Shown piece by piece: positions 37,921 through 53,183 of a DNA stretch of 64,000 nucleotides. The DNA is from Accumulibacter sp. (GTDB lineage: Bacteria > Pseudomonadota > Gammaproteobacteria > Burkholderiales > Rhodocyclaceae). The notes under the pieces were generated by a model. The model made no database searches. It had not been told where the DNA came from and was given only the letters and a program-made list of their open reading frames with translations. The translations under genes were made by a program, and so were the position numbers. Every line of letters begins with the position of its first letter. Within the stretch, counting starts at the first letter, position 1. The stretch is from NCBI RefSeq assembly GCF_023806635.1, contig NZ_JAMTDQ010000089.1:395-64394 (forward strand), given 5' to 3'.

Positions 37921-38750
37921 GCGTCCTGGCGAACGAAACGGACCTGACCGTAAACTTCGGGATGATGCGTCGCCAGCCAGTGCTCGGCCTCGGCGACGGC
38001 ACGCTCCCAGGTGGCGGCGCGCAGGGCAACCTCCTGCGTGCTGCCATCGTCCCGCCGCCAGTGCAGCGAATGACTGTGAAAACCTCCGCGTTCCTGTTGC
38101 CGCAGTGGGCAGGTGAGGGCGGGTGCCTCGCGGCGCAGTTCGGCGGCACCGCTGCCCGGCAAGAGCAGGCGGTAGCGCGGGCCCTTGCCCTCGTGCTGGA
38201 CGATGAACTGCCTGTTTTCCTGCGTTTCCTCGACGACGTTCCATTCGGCGCAGCCCTCGATGATCGCAGCCAGGGCCAGCCCGTCCTCGTCACGGACGAT
38301 CTCGGCAGCCACATGATGTGTCGTTTCGGTATCGTCGAGCACTTCGTGCCAGGGGCGGCCGTCGCGTGTCGGTGGCGGGAAGGGCAGCGCATGCTTGCCC
38401 TGTCGGATGCGGGCGAAGAGCGACGATTTCCTGACGTCGTCGAGGTCGATCGACGGAAACGCCGAGCGTGGTGCCGAGCGGAAGCTGCCGGCGCCCATGT
38501 AGCCGACGTCCCACAGCGTACGCAGCCATTCGGCGGTGTCGAGAGCGACCTGGGCGAGTTGGTCGTTGAGGTTCTCGCCATGCTCGCTCGCCGCCTGCAT
38601 GGCCAGCAGGTCGGTTTCATGGCGGCGGGCGCGAACGACCTCGGCGAGCAGCGCCTCAACCCACTCCGCATCGGACGGCGGAAGCCGCGCGATCCGTTCG
38701 GCCAAGTGAGCCAGGTCATCGATGCTGAGAGGGATGTCGGACGTACTCAT
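37914..38750 (-). CDS. Hypothetical protein (278 aa, acidic, no recognisable domain)
   Basis: ATG at 38750 with GGAG 9 nt upstream. Protein-like composition, unlike the Arg/Ala-rich shadow ORFs. The stop overlaps the start of the MidA-like gene. Confidence 0.55.
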   Translation of the reverse strand: MSTSDIPLSIDDLAHLAERIARLPPSDAEWVEALLAEVVRARRHETDLLAMQAASEHGENLNDQLAQVALDTAEWLRTLWDVGYMGAGSFRSAPRSAFPSIDLDDVRKSSLFARIRQGKHALPFPPPTRDGRPWHEVLDDTETTHHVAAEIVRDEDGLALAAIIEGCAEWNVVEETQENRQFIVQHEGKGPRYRLLLPGSGAAELRREAPALTCPLRQQERGGFHSHSLHWRRDDGSTQEVALRAATWERAVAEAEHWLATHHPEVYGQVRFVRQDAC

Positions 38751-38878
38751 GGGTCGGGCTCCGTTGGGACGATCACGCGAGTGTACCGCGGCGACGACCG
38801 GGGCGCCCGCTTTTTCCCGAATCGAATCCAGGAATCCGCTAAAATCAGGTCCTTGTCTTCGCCAGCCGGAAACTGGAA

Positions 38879-39616
38879 ATGGAAGGAAGAACGATACTGG
38901 TCACCGGCGCTGCGCGACGTCTGGGCAGGGCGATCGCGGTCGAGATGCACGATACGGGAGCCAACATCATGGTGCACTACCATCAGGCCGCTGACGAAGC
39001 CGCGACACTCGTCGCCGAGCTGAACGCTCGACGACCGTCGTCGGCCGCCTGTTGGCAGGTTGACCTGCGACAGATCGACAGGTTGCCGGAACTGGTGGCG
39101 GCGACCGTCGACCGGTTCGGTCGCCTCGACGCTCTGGTCAACAACGCCTCGAGTTTCTTCCCCACCCCGCTCGGCGGGATCGACCTGCATGACTGGGATC
39201 AACTCGTCGGCAGCAACCTGCAGGCGCCCCTGTTCCTCAGCCAGGCGGCAGCGCCACACCTGATCGCCAGTGGCGGCAGCGTCGTCAACATCACCGATAT
39301 CCACGCTGAACGCCCACTCGCCGGCTATCCGCTGTATTGCGCCGCCAAGGCCGGCCTGCTGGGCCTGACGCGGGCGCTGGCGATCGAACTGGCACCAAGG
39401 GTGAGGGTGAACGCGGTGGCGCCGGGACCGATCCTCTGGCCCGAGAGCGAAGCTTTCGACAGCGTGGCACGGGCGGAGATCGTTGCCGACACCTTGCTTC
39501 ATCGCGTTGGCTGCCCGCAGGACGCGGCGCGGGCGGTACACTACCTGCTCGTTGCAGCGGACTACGTCACCGGTCAGGTGATCAACGTCGATGGCGGGCG
39601 TACCGCCCATCTGTAG
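38879..39616 (+). CDS. Short-chain dehydrogenase, pteridine reductase (FolM/PTR1)-like
   Basis: [20 protein letters not shown]...LVNNASSF...YCAAKAGL (SDR Tyr-x3-Lys); 245 aa. Confidence 0.7.
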   Translation: MEGRTILVTGAARRLGRAIAVEMHDTGANIMVHYHQAADEAATLVAELNARRPSSAACWQVDLRQIDRLPELVAATVDRFGRLDALVNNASSFFPTPLGGIDLHDWDQLVGSNLQAPLFLSQAAAPHLIASGGSVVNITDIHAERPLAGYPLYCAAKAGLLGLTRALAIELAPRVRVNAVAPGPILWPESEAFDSVARAEIVADTLLHRVGCPQDAARAVHYLLVAADYVTGQVINVDGGRTAHL

Positions 39617-39644
39617 ACCGCTGACCTGCCGGAGAGAGCCGCTC

Positions 39645-40529
39645 GTGGAACCGTCGAAAACTTTGCTGCGCCTGGGAAAGCGCCTCGAGAGCAAGGCTGG
39701 CAAGGCGATAGCCGATTACAACATGATCGAGGACGGAGATACGGTCCTCGTCTGCATCTCGGGTGGCAAGGATTCCCACACCCTGCTGTCGCTCCTGATG
39801 GCTCTACGCGAGCGGGCGCCGATCGACTTCCGGCTGATTGCCATGAACCTCGACCAGAAGCAGCCCGGCTTTCCGGCCGAGGTCCTGCCGGCGTATCTGG
39901 CGCAGATCGGCATCGACTACCGGATCGTCGAGCAGGACACCTACTCGGTGGTGCGAGCGAAGCTGCCGCCGGGCAAGACCAGTTGCTCGCTGTGCTCGCG
40001 CCTGCGCCGGGGCGTCATCTATCGGATTGCCAAGGAACTGGGGGCAAGCAAGATCGCGCTCGGCCACCATCGCGACGACATCGTGCACACTCTTTTTCTC
40101 AACCTCCTCTTCGGCGGTCGGCTGAAGGCCATGCCGCCGAAGCTGGTCACCGATGATGGCGCGCATGTCGTCATTCGACCACTCGCCTATTGTGCGGAAG
40201 CCGACATCGCGCGCTACGCTCGCGGCATGGCTTTCCCGATCATTCCCTGCAACCTCTGCGGTGCGCAGGACAACCTGCAACGGGAGAAGGTCCGGGCGAT
40301 GATGGCTGACTGGGATCGGCGTTTCCCGGGTCGCACCGAGGCGGTTTTTTCGGCCTTGCAGCATGTGGTTCCGTCCCATCTGGCGGACCAGTCGCTGTTC
40401 GATTTCAGAGGCTTGCGTCCCGGTGTCGAGTTGGCGGCGCTGGCTGGCGGCGACCCGGTTTTCGATCCACCGGGACCGGTGGGCGGGTGGCCGGCGCCCG
40501 ATGTCCTGCCGCTCCGGGTGTTGTCGTGA
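39645..40529 (+). CDS. ttcA: tRNA 2-thiocytidine(32) synthetase
   Basis: GTG at 39645 after GGAGAGAG. PP-loop VCISGGKDS, and [10 protein letters not shown] plus IPCNLCG cysteine motifs. Confidence 0.88.
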   Translation: MEPSKTLLRLGKRLESKAGKAIADYNMIEDGDTVLVCISGGKDSHTLLSLLMALRERAPIDFRLIAMNLDQKQPGFPAEVLPAYLAQIGIDYRIVEQDTYSVVRAKLPPGKTSCSLCSRLRRGVIYRIAKELGASKIALGHHRDDIVHTLFLNLLFGGRLKAMPPKLVTDDGAHVVIRPLAYCAEADIARYARGMAFPIIPCNLCGAQDNLQREKVRAMMADWDRRFPGRTEAVFSALQHVVPSHLADQSLFDFRGLRPGVELAALAGGDPVFDPPGPVGGWPAPDVLPLRVLS

Positions 40530-40617
40530 CTGGCGGCGGCAGACGGGTGGCGCGTGCGCCAGTGGCGGTACTTCGGAATCGCGGCGGATCCGCTGCGGCA
40601 GAAGCGGAATTCGCGCG

Positions 40618-41514
40618 ATGAGCACCAGTGAGACCCATGCTGCTCTGATCCATGCCGCGGTCGCCGGCAGTTCGCGCCTGTTCGAGCGGCTGGGTACCAC
40701 CGAGGCCACGCATGCCGTCGAGCGCTGCATGAAGCGGATGGTTCGCGGTATCGACGGTTTCCATGGCCGGCAGGTGGGAAGCAAGCGTGATGCACTGAGC
40801 GCGCTTTTCGCCAATGCCAACGATGCCTGTCAGGCAGCAATGGCAATGCAGCGCCGGGTCGCCGATCTGCCACCGGTTTCGGGGGTCCAGCTGGCGATTC
40901 GCGTCGGTGTGCACCACGGCGCCGTGGTCGAGCACGAAGGCGAGGTCTTTGGTGAAGCGGTGCGTGTCGTCGAGTCGCTGGCAGGTCTCGCCGACGCCGG
41001 GCAACTCGTGACCAGCGGCGAAACGCGGGCTTTGCTGACGCCGCAACTGCAGTTGCTGACGCGCCCGCTGGACGGTCGATCGGCCACGGATTTACCCGGC
41101 GACGGCCCCGTTTTCGAGGTCATCTGGGTACAACCCAGGGCAGAGCCTCGGCATCCGGCGGTCGACAAACCACAGTCGCCAAGGGAACGGGAACTGCGCT
41201 TGTGCATACGCTATGGCCACTACGTCAAGCTGCTCGACCGGCACCGGCCGAGCGTTGCCATGGGTCGCGATGCCGGCTGCGAGATTACGGTGCACAATCG
41301 TCGTGCCTCGCGTCACCATGCACGCATCGAGCGCCGCGGAGGCAATTTCGTCCTCATCGACTTGAGCACCAATGGCACCTTCGTCACCGTCAACGGCGAG
41401 CAGGAACTGTTCATCCGGCACGAGCAGTTCGTCCTGCGTGGCAGCGGCGTCATCTCGTTCGCAGCCTCGGCGGGCAGTGTCGCCGCAGACGTCGTCGAGT
41501 ACGAGCATCTGTGA
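40618..41514 (+). CDS. Class III cyclase-homology domain (apparently degenerate) fused to a C-terminal FHA domain
   Basis: ATG at 40618. CHD-like N-half (LIHAAVAGSSRLFERLG, GSKRDALSALF, IRVGVHHGAVV). FHA-like C-half (VAMGRDAGCEITVHNRRASRHHARIERRGGNFVLIDLSTNGTFV). Confidence 0.65.
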   Translation: MSTSETHAALIHAAVAGSSRLFERLGTTEATHAVERCMKRMVRGIDGFHGRQVGSKRDALSALFANANDACQAAMAMQRRVADLPPVSGVQLAIRVGVHHGAVVEHEGEVFGEAVRVVESLAGLADAGQLVTSGETRALLTPQLQLLTRPLDGRSATDLPGDGPVFEVIWVQPRAEPRHPAVDKPQSPRERELRLCIRYGHYVKLLDRHRPSVAMGRDAGCEITVHNRRASRHHARIERRGGNFVLIDLSTNGTFVTVNGEQELFIRHEQFVLRGSGVISFAASAGSVAADVVEYEHL

Positions 41515-41679
41515 GCGGCCAGGCGCCGCGCGAGGCAGCCGAGCATGCGTTTCCGCGCCTGTTCAGCCGGCGCGTCCGTGGTCAGGCCAGGGTGTGGGCT
41601 GGGGTGGGGACTGTTTTCAGGAGGGACGCCCGCGCCCCCAGGCCGGGCTGCGTCGATCGCGGCTCGCGTGGAAAAGGAG

Positions 41680-42147
41680 TCAGGAGGGTAGCTTGTCGCC
41701 CTCGCCGGCGGCGCGACGGGCACCGCTGCGGTGCGGGCAGGCGGGCTTGGTGCACTGGGCGTAGAGATGCAGTGCATGTTCGCGAATGCTGAAGCCACGC
41801 TCCTTGGCCACGCGCGCCTGCCGTCGCTCGATCTCGGCATCGTAGAATTCCTCGACCCGACCGCAGTCGATGCAGACGAGATGGTCATGGTGCTGCCCGT
41901 GACTGAGTTCGAACACCGCCTTGCCCGACTCGAAGAAGTGGCGTTCGAGCAGTCCTGCCTGCTCGAACTGGGTCAGCACGCGGTAGACGGTGGCCAGACC
42001 GATATCCAGGTTGTCGGCGAGCAGCAGGCGGTACACATCCTCGGCGGTCAGATGGCGGACCTCGGTCTTCTCGAACAGGGCGAGGATCCTGAGGCGGGGG
42101 GTGGTGGCTTTCAGCCCCATGCTCTTGAGGTCTTCGGGGTTGCTCAT
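41680..42147 (-). CDS. fur: Ferric uptake regulator
   Basis: [15 protein letters not shown]...[11 protein letters not shown]...[16 protein letters not shown]...[16 protein letters not shown]. Confidence 0.9.
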   Translation of the reverse strand: MSNPEDLKSMGLKATTPRLRILALFEKTEVRHLTAEDVYRLLLADNLDIGLATVYRVLTQFEQAGLLERHFFESGKAVFELSHGQHHDHLVCIDCGRVEEFYDAEIERRQARVAKERGFSIREHALHLYAQCTKPACPHRSGARRAAGEGDKLPS

Positions 42148-42325
42148 CAGCTTACCTTGGTCGGTTTCGGCAAAGGGACAGGGTCTTTTCGAGTATGATA
42201 TACCGACGAGGGCGGCCGTGCCGCGCCGTTGCAGGTCTGCAGCCGGTCTACACGCGCCTCGGCGACCGCCCGTGGTCCAGCTCCGGGCGTCCGATCTCCT
42301 CCATTCATCACGATTCGATCACGAC

Positions 42326-43616
<1,291 letters not shown>

Positions 43617-43754
43617 TGGTCTGCCGACGCCATCCAGGCGTCGCCAACGGTCGGCCGCAGAGGCTGCAGCGCTTGGCAGATGCACTGTCCCCGGTGGTCT
43701 GATCGCCCCAAGAGCGATCGCCTCCGGTATAATCTTCGGGCTGGCGAGGATCCG

Positions 43755-43786
43755 AGCGGGAGGGCTGAATGCCTGTCCCGCTTTTG
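43755..43786 (+). terminator. Possible attenuator hairpin in the carA leader
   Basis: AGCGGGA-(14 nt)-TCCCGCT followed by TTTT. It lies 20 nt downstream of a TATAAT at 43728-43733 and 55 nt upstream of the carA GTG. Confidence 0.35.
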
Positions 43787-43840
43787 CGTATCTACGGCCC
43801 GGACCGGCGGCGCGTTCAACAGCTTCCACAGGAGTCTTTC

Positions 43841-44981
43841 GTGTCCTTGCTACCCACTCTGCCGCCGGCGATTCTCGCCCTGGCTGACGGCACGATCTTC
43901 AGGGGTCTGGCGATCGGTGCTGCGGGCAGCGCCAGCGGCGAAGTCGTCTTCAACACGGCGATGTCGGGGTATCAGGAAATCCTTACCGATCCCTCATATT
44001 GCCGCCAGATCGTCACGCTTACCTATCCGCATATCGGCAATGTCGGCTGCAATGCGGAAGACTTCGAGTCGCGGGCGAACTACGCTGCCGGTCTGGTCAT
44101 CCGTGACCTGCCGCCGCGGGCCGCCAGCTGGCGTCTGCAGCAGACACTGCCGGACTACCTGCAGCAGCATGGAATCGTTGCCATCAGCGGTATCGATACG
44201 CGCAAGCTGACCCGCATCCTGCGCGAGCAGGGAGCGCAGGCTGGCTGCATCATGGCGGTGACGGTCGACGAACAGCTTGCGCTGCGGGAGGCACGGGCGT
44301 TTCCGGGCCTGGCGGGAATGGATCTGGCCCGCGTCGTCAGTGTGCGTGCAGCCTATGCCTGGACCGGTGGCGCCTGGGGCCTCGGCGGTTACCGCGAGGC
44401 GCCAGGGCCCGTGCTGCACGTCGTCGCCTACGACTACGGCGTCAAGCACAACATCCTGCGCATGCTGGCTGCCCGCGGCTGCCGGGTGACCGTCGTGCCG
44501 GCGCAGACGAGCGCTGCCGATGTCCTCGCGCTGCGGCCCGACGGGGTGTTCCTGTCGAACGGTCCGGGCGATCCGGAGCCCTGCGACTACGCGATCGACG
44601 CGATTCGCGAGCTGCTTGCCCGGCGTGTGCCGACCTTCGGCATTTGTCTCGGCCACCAGCTGCTGGCGCTGGCCTCGGGCGCGAGGACGATGAAGATGAA
44701 GTTCGGGCACCACGGCGCCAACCACCCGGTGAAGGATCTGCACACCGGACAGGTTCTGATCACCAGCCAGAACCACGGCTTCGCGGTCGACGCGGACAGC
44801 CTGCCGGCCAACCTGCTGCGCACTCATGTGTCGCTTTTCGATGGCTCACTGCAGGGCGTTGCGCGTTCCGACGTGCCGGCCTTCTCCTTTCAGGGCCATC
44901 CTGAGGCGAGTCCGGGGCCGCACGACATCGCCTGCCTGTTCGACCGCTTTGTCCAGATGATGCAAGACGAGAAGAAGCAAG

Positions 44982-45004
<23 letters not shown>
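43841..45004 (+). CDS. carA: Carbamoyl-phosphate synthase small (glutaminase) subunit
   Basis: GTG at 43841 after AGGAG. Contains [44 protein letters not shown] and the GATase triad region GICLGHQLL. An in-frame ATG at 43769 is a less likely start. Confidence 0.93.
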
Positions 45005-48188
<3,184 letters not shown>

Positions 48189-48260
48189 TCAATCCATGCA
48201 ACCACCGGCGCCGTGCTGCTCGTGGCCGCGGGCGGCTGGCCATTGTTGGCAGCGAACGAT

Positions 48261-48737
48261 ATGAGCAAGATACCCGTAACCGTCAAGGGCGCCGAGCTGT
48301 TGCGCGCCGAACTGCATCATCTGAAGACCGTCGAGCGTCCGCGGGCGATCGCCGCCATCGCCGAGGCGCGCTCGCACGGTGATCTCTCGGAGAACGCCGA
48401 GTACGATGCGGCCAAGGAAAGACAGGCCTTCATCGAAGGCCGCATCAAGGAGTTCGAGGGCAAGCTCGCCAACGCCCAGATCATCGACCCCAAGCTGCTC
48501 GATGCCGATGGGCGCTGCGTCTTTGGCGCAACGCTCGATCTTGAGGACCAGGAGAGCGGTGCCCGGGTGCGCTACCAGATCGTCGGCGAGGACGAGGCCG
48601 ACATCAAGGGGGGCAAGATCTCGATCAACTCGCCGATCGCGCGGGCACTGATCGGCAAGTTCGCTGGCGACATCGCCGAGGTGCAGGCGCCGGGCGGTGT
48701 GCGCGAATACGAAGTGATCGACGTTCGCTACGAATGA
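48261..48737 (+). CDS. greA: Transcription elongation factor GreA
   Basis: ATG at 48261; [18 protein letters not shown]...[16 protein letters not shown]...; 158 aa. Confidence 0.93.
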   Translation: MSKIPVTVKGAELLRAELHHLKTVERPRAIAAIAEARSHGDLSENAEYDAAKERQAFIEGRIKEFEGKLANAQIIDPKLLDADGRCVFGATLDLEDQESGARVRYQIVGEDEADIKGGKISINSPIARALIGKFAGDIAEVQAPGGVREYEVIDVRYE

Positions 48738-49210
48738 GTGCAGGCATGCGCCGCATCGCCGAAATTCTTCATGGCGTGGCCCTGACCCTTTGGGTCGGCG
48801 GCCTGTGGTCGATCGGCTACCTCGTTGCGCCGACGCTGTTTCATGCCTTGGGCAACGATCGCCAGTTGGCCGGGCAACTCGCCGGCCGGCTGTTCGAACT
48901 GATCGGCTGGCTGGGCCTGGGTTGCGGGGCGTACCTGCTCGCCTTCGTGCTCGTCCGCCTGCGCGGCGCCGCCTGGCGGCGCTGGGACTTCTGGCTGCTG
49001 CTGCTGATGTTGCTGCTGACCGTCGTCGGCCTGTTCGGCGTCCAGCCCCTGCTGGCGCAGCTCAAGGCCGACGCCCTGCCGCGCGAGGTGATGGCAAGCG
49101 TCCTGCGTGACCGATTCGCGGCCTGGCATGGCGTTTCCAGCATCCTCTACCTGCTGCAGAGTCTCCTCGGCCTGCTGCTGGTTGCCGTCACGGCGCGCGG
49201 TGTCCGCTAG
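48734..49210 (+). CDS. DUF4149 (TMEM205-like) membrane protein
   Basis: 158 aa, 4 TM. Contains [26 protein letters not shown]. The start overlaps the greA stop. Confidence 0.65.
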   Translation: MSAGMRRIAEILHGVALTLWVGGLWSIGYLVAPTLFHALGNDRQLAGQLAGRLFELIGWLGLGCGAYLLAFVLVRLRGAAWRRWDFWLLLLMLLLTVVGLFGVQPLLAQLKADALPREVMASVLRDRFAAWHGVSSILYLLQSLLGLLLVAVTARGVR

Positions 49211-49237
49211 CTGCCACGTTGGCGAGGCGGGCGCCGG

Positions 49238-49266
49238 GCTGCGCGCGGGTGGTGGTCGCGCGCAGC
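49238..49266. terminator. GC hairpin between convergent DUF4149 and yhbY genes
   Basis: GCTGCGCGCG-(9 nt)-CGCGCGCAGC, 10-bp perfect stem, no U-run. Confidence 0.3.
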
Positions 49267-49268
49267 CG

Positions 49269-49619
49269 TCAGTTGCCGCCGCTACCCTGGAACGTGCGCT
49301 TGCTGCGCCGCGGCAGGCGTGGCGCCCTTTCGGGCGTGGCAGCCTGTTCCGGGCGTGGCCGCCAGAGCACGAGGAGTTTGCCGATATGCTGCACCGGCGC
49401 GGCGGCCAGTCGCTCGCAGAGGCTGGCGAGGAAGTTCTCGCGTTCTTCCCGGTCGCCGTTGTATACCCGCACCTTGATCAGTTCGTGCGCCGCCAGGCTG
49501 GCGTCGATTTCCCGCACAACCGGGTCCGAGAGCCCGTTCTGACTGATCGCGACTACCGGTTGCAGGGAGTGGGCACGGGCGCGCAGCGCGCGGCGCTCTG
49601 CGGAGTTCAGGGTGAGCAT
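49269..49619 (-). CDS. yhbY: Ribosome assembly RNA-binding protein YhbY (CRM domain)
   Basis: LTLNSAERRALRARAHSLQPVVAISQNGLSDPVVREIDASLAAHELIKVRV. Confidence 0.88.
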   Translation of the reverse strand: MLTLNSAERRALRARAHSLQPVVAISQNGLSDPVVREIDASLAAHELIKVRVYNGDREERENFLASLCERLAAAPVQHIGKLLVLWRPRPEQAATPERAPRLPRRSKRTFQGSGGN

Positions 49620-49663
49620 GCGATGTTCCTCTCTGGAGAGTCCATTCTAGCGGGTTTACAGGC

Positions 49664-50284
49664 ATGAAGCGCAGCAGATCGAGCAACGCCTGGTTGCGTG
49701 AGCACGTCAGCGACAGTTACGTGCAGCGGGCGCGGGCGGAAGGCTACCGCTCGCGGGCCGCCTACAAGCTCCTGCAGATCGATGACCGGGAGCATCTGAT
49801 CCGACCTGGCGATCTGGTCGTCGACCTGGGGGCAAGTCCGGGAGGCTGGTCGCAGGTGGTCGCGAAGCGCCAGCAGGGCCGGGGCCGGGTCATCGCGGTC
49901 GACATCCTGCCGATGGAGCAGCTGCCCGGAGTCATCTTCCTGCCGGGCGACTTTCGCGAAGTGGAAGTTCTCGACCGCCTGCGGCGACTGCTGAAGCACG
50001 AGAGAGCGGGACTGGTACTCTGCGACATGTCGCCCAATATCTCGGGCATCAGCCTGTGTGACCAGGCACAGGGCATGCACCTGTCGGAACTGGCTCTCGA
50101 TTTCGCGAGTCAATGGCTGCAACCGGACGGCTGTCTGCTGGTCAAAGTGTTCCAGGGTCTGGGATTCGACGATTTTCTCCACCGCATGCGGCAGACTTTC
50201 AGGCTGGTGTGCCTGCGCAAGCCGGATGCGTCGCGTGATCGCAGTCGGGAGGTGTATCTTCTCGGCCGGGGCCTGCAAGTCTGA
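49664..50284 (+). CDS. rlmE: 23S rRNA (uridine2552-2'-O)-methyltransferase
   Basis: SSNAWLREHVSDSYVQRARAEGYRSRAAYKLLQIDD...VVDLGASPGGWSQ...DMSPNISG. Confidence 0.93.
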   Translation: MKRSRSSNAWLREHVSDSYVQRARAEGYRSRAAYKLLQIDDREHLIRPGDLVVDLGASPGGWSQVVAKRQQGRGRVIAVDILPMEQLPGVIFLPGDFREVEVLDRLRRLLKHERAGLVLCDMSPNISGISLCDQAQGMHLSELALDFASQWLQPDGCLLVKVFQGLGFDDFLHRMRQTFRLVCLRKPDASRDRSREVYLLGRGLQV

Positions 50285-50403
50285 CGGGAGGCTGGCGGCG
50301 CAATGCTTGATCGTCCGGATGGGAATCGGTTTAGAATGCAATTCCGCATCCTTGGCGGGGCGTCTCGGGAACGGCTGTGCGGGCAGGATGAAGAGGTGAC
50401 GTA

Positions 50404-52290
50404 TTGAATAACATGTTCAAGAATCTGGCAGTCTGGCTGGTGATCGGTCTCGTCCTGATGACCGTCTTCAACCAGTTCAACCATCGCCAAGTGGCCCAGC
50501 AGTCGATGGAGTACTCCCAGTTCATCGAGGAGGTGGGCAAGGGAAACATCGCCAAGGTGGTCATCGAGGGGCGCGTGCTCAAGGCAACGACGACCGATGG
50601 TCGCAAGTTGACGAGCTACGCGCCACCGGATCTCTGGATGGTCTCTGATCTGCTGAAGCATGGCGTCAAGATCGAGGCCAAGCCGGAGGAAGAGCAGTCG
50701 TTCCTGATGAGCATCTTCGTCAGCTGGTTCCCGATGCTGCTGCTGATCGGCGTCTGGATCTTCTTCATGCGCCAGATGCAGGGCGGTGGTCGCGGTGGCG
50801 CCTTCTCGTTTGGCAAGAGCAAGGCGCGCCTCCTCGACGAATCGTCCAACACGATCACCTTTGCCGATGTCGCCGGTTGCGACGAGGCGAAGGAGGAGGT
50901 CTCGGAACTGGTCGACTTCCTGCGTGACCCGTCGAAGTTCCAGAAGCTTGGTGGGCGCATTCCGAAGGGCGTGCTGCTCGTCGGCAACCCGGGCACCGGC
51001 AAGACGCTGCTGGCGAAGGCGATTGCCGGTGAAGCCAAGGTTCCCTTCTTCTCGATTTCCGGCTCGGATTTTGTCGAGATGTTCGTCGGCGTCGGTGCTG
51101 CGCGCGTTCGCGACATGTTCGAGAACGCGAAGAAGCACGCGCCATGCATCATCTTCATCGATGAACTGGACGCCGTCGGTCGCCAGCGTGGTGCAGGCCT
51201 GGGTGGTGGCAACGACGAGCGCGAGCAGACGCTGAACCAGATGCTCGTCGAGATGGACGGTTTCGAAGGCAGTGTCGGGGTGATCGTCATCGCTGCGACC
51301 AACCGACCGGACGTGCTGGACCCGGCGCTGATGCGACCGGGTCGCTTCGATCGCCAGGTGGTCGTCCCGCTGCCCGACATCCGGGGTCGCGAACAGATTC
51401 TCGTCGTGCACATGCGCAAGGTGCCGCTGTCACCGGATGTCAAGGCGGACATCATCGCCCGTGGAACCCCCGGTTTTTCGGGGGCCGATCTTGCCAATCT
51501 GGTCAATGAGGCAGCGCTTTTCGCCGCGCGCGGCAACAAGCGCCTGGTGGACATGGAGGACTTCGAGAAAGCCAAGGACAAGATCATGATGGGCGCCGAG
51601 CGGCGCAGCATGGTGATGAACGAGGACGAAAGGCGCAACACGGCCTACCATGAGGCAGGGCACGCCGTGGTCGCCAAACTCATGCCGAAGTCCGACCCGG
51701 TACACAAGGTGACGATCATTCCGCGTGGGCGTGCCCTCGGGCTGACGATGCAGTTGCCGGAGGAGGATCGCTACGCCTACGACCGCGTCTACCTGATGAG
51801 CCGGATCGCCGTTCTCTTTGGCGGCCGGATTGCCGAAGAGCTGTTCATGGACCAGATGACGACCGGCGCTTCGAACGACTTCGAGCGCGCGACGCAGATG
51901 GCGCGCGACATGGTCACCCGTTACGGCATGTCGGATGCACTGGGTCCGATGGTGTACGGCGAGAACGAAGGCGAGGTCTTCCTCGGACGATCGGTGACGA
52001 CGCACAAGAACATGTCGGAAGCGACGATGGAAAAGGTCGATCGCGAGATCCGCCGCATCATCGACGAGCAGTACGCCCTCGCGCGCCGTCTGCTCGATGA
52101 GCACCGCGACAAGGTCGAGGCGATGGCATCGGCGTTGCTCGAACTCGAGACGATCGACGCCGACCAGATCAATGACATCATGCAGGGCAAGCCGCCGCGT
52201 CCGCCAAAGCAGACACAATTGCCGCCGGCCAACAAGAGCGATCACAATGCGCCGGATGCAGCGCCGAGCGCGCCACCGGCGCCCGCCTGA
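50404..52290 (+). CDS. ftsH: ATP-dependent zinc metalloprotease FtsH
   Basis: TTG at 50404 lies 5 nt after GAGGTG; an ATG at 50413 is the alternative. Walker [18 protein letters not shown], the SRH, and zinc motif HEAGHA. Confidence 0.96.
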   Translation: MNNMFKNLAVWLVIGLVLMTVFNQFNHRQVAQQSMEYSQFIEEVGKGNIAKVVIEGRVLKATTTDGRKLTSYAPPDLWMVSDLLKHGVKIEAKPEEEQSFLMSIFVSWFPMLLLIGVWIFFMRQMQGGGRGGAFSFGKSKARLLDESSNTITFADVAGCDEAKEEVSELVDFLRDPSKFQKLGGRIPKGVLLVGNPGTGKTLLAKAIAGEAKVPFFSISGSDFVEMFVGVGAARVRDMFENAKKHAPCIIFIDELDAVGRQRGAGLGGGNDEREQTLNQMLVEMDGFEGSVGVIVIAATNRPDVLDPALMRPGRFDRQVVVPLPDIRGREQILVVHMRKVPLSPDVKADIIARGTPGFSGADLANLVNEAALFAARGNKRLVDMEDFEKAKDKIMMGAERRSMVMNEDERRNTAYHEAGHAVVAKLMPKSDPVHKVTIIPRGRALGLTMQLPEEDRYAYDRVYLMSRIAVLFGGRIAEELFMDQMTTGASNDFERATQMARDMVTRYGMSDALGPMVYGENEGEVFLGRSVTTHKNMSEATMEKVDREIRRIIDEQYALARRLLDEHRDKVEAMASALLELETIDADQINDIMQGKPPRPPKQTQLPPANKSDHNAPDAAPSAPPAPA

Positions 52291-52325
52291 AACGAGGGGG
52301 CTTCGCGCTCATTCGGCTGATCGGC

Positions 52326-53183
52326 TTGGCTGCTGCTGTGCTGCGTTGCGGATCCTTTCGACTCGCCGTCGATCGCCCATTGCTCATGGGCATCGTGAAC
52401 CTGACGACCGATTCGTTCTCGGGTGATGGCCTTGCCAGCGACACGGCAGCGGCGGTGGCGCAGGCCCAGAGGCAGATCGACGCCGGCGCCGACCTGCTCG
52501 ACCTCGGCGCCGAGTCATCCCGTCCCGGGGCGCTGCCCGCGACGGCAGAGGACGAGCTGCATCGACTCCTGCCGGTGCTTGCAGCACTCGCCGGTTGTGG
52601 CGTGCCGATCTCGGTCGATACCTACAAGCCGGAGGTGATGCGGGCGGCACTGCGGCACGGCGCGTCGATGATCAATGACATCCATGGCTTGCGCACGCCG
52701 GGAGCCATGGAGGCGGTGGCAGGGAGCGACTGCGCGATCTGCCTGATGCACATGCAGGGGCAACCGCTGACCATGCAGCAGCAGCCTTCGTACCGCGATG
52801 TCGTCGCCGAGGTGCGGGATTTCCTGCGGCAGCGGGTGCAGGCGGCGAGGGAGGCCGGGATCAGCGACGATCGTCTCCTGCTCGACCCGGGCTTCGGCTT
52901 CGGCAAGACCCTGCAGCACAACCTCGACTTGCTGCGCGCGCTCGAGCAACTGGCCAGCGACGGCCTGCCTGTTCTGGCGGGCCTTTCGCGCAAGTCGATG
53001 CTTGGCGCCATCACCGGGCGCCCGCCCGGCGAGCGCCTTGCGGCCAGCATCGCCGCCGCGGTGCTGGCCGTCGAGCGTGGTGCGCGCGTCCTGCGGGTGC
53101 ACGACGTGGCCGAAACGCGAGATGCGCTGGCGGTCTGGCAGGCGACGCGCGGCAGTCATGCGCTGGGGTCGGCGGCAGCCTGA
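52326..53183 (+). CDS. folP: Dihydropteroate synthase
   Basis: LLMGIVNLTTDSFSGDG...ISVDTYKPEVM...GASMINDI...VLRVHDV. The start (TTG 52326 or GTG 52338) is uncertain. Confidence 0.92.
   Translation: MAAAVLRCGSFRLAVDRPLLMGIVNLTTDSFSGDGLASDTAAAVAQAQRQIDAGADLLDLGAESSRPGALPATAEDELHRLLPVLAALAGCGVPISVDTYKPEVMRAALRHGASMINDIHGLRTPGAMEAVAGSDCAICLMHMQGQPLTMQQQPSYRDVVAEVRDFLRQRVQAAREAGISDDRLLLDPGFGFGKTLQHNLDLLRALEQLASDGLPVLAGLSRKSMLGAITGRPPGERLAASIAAAVLAVERGARVLRVHDVAETRDALAVWQATRGSHALGSAAA

Noticed and set aside
38800-38860. tRNA-like string (GAATCGAATCC) in the 38751-38878 divergent region.
   Set aside because: There is no acceptor stem or cloverleaf around it. It is simply part of a promoter region.
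42148-42325. Fur box in the fur/bamE divergent region.
   Set aside because: No GATAATGATAATCATTATC-like AT-rich dyad is visible.
43769-43840. The ATG at 43769 with GGGAGGG SD as the carA start, or as a leader peptide.
   Set aside because: It is in frame with carA with no stop, so it is not a leader peptide. It would add 24 residues not seen in CarA N-termini. The GTG at 43841 with AGGAG fits the family alignment (AILALADGT..) better. Kept as an ambiguity.
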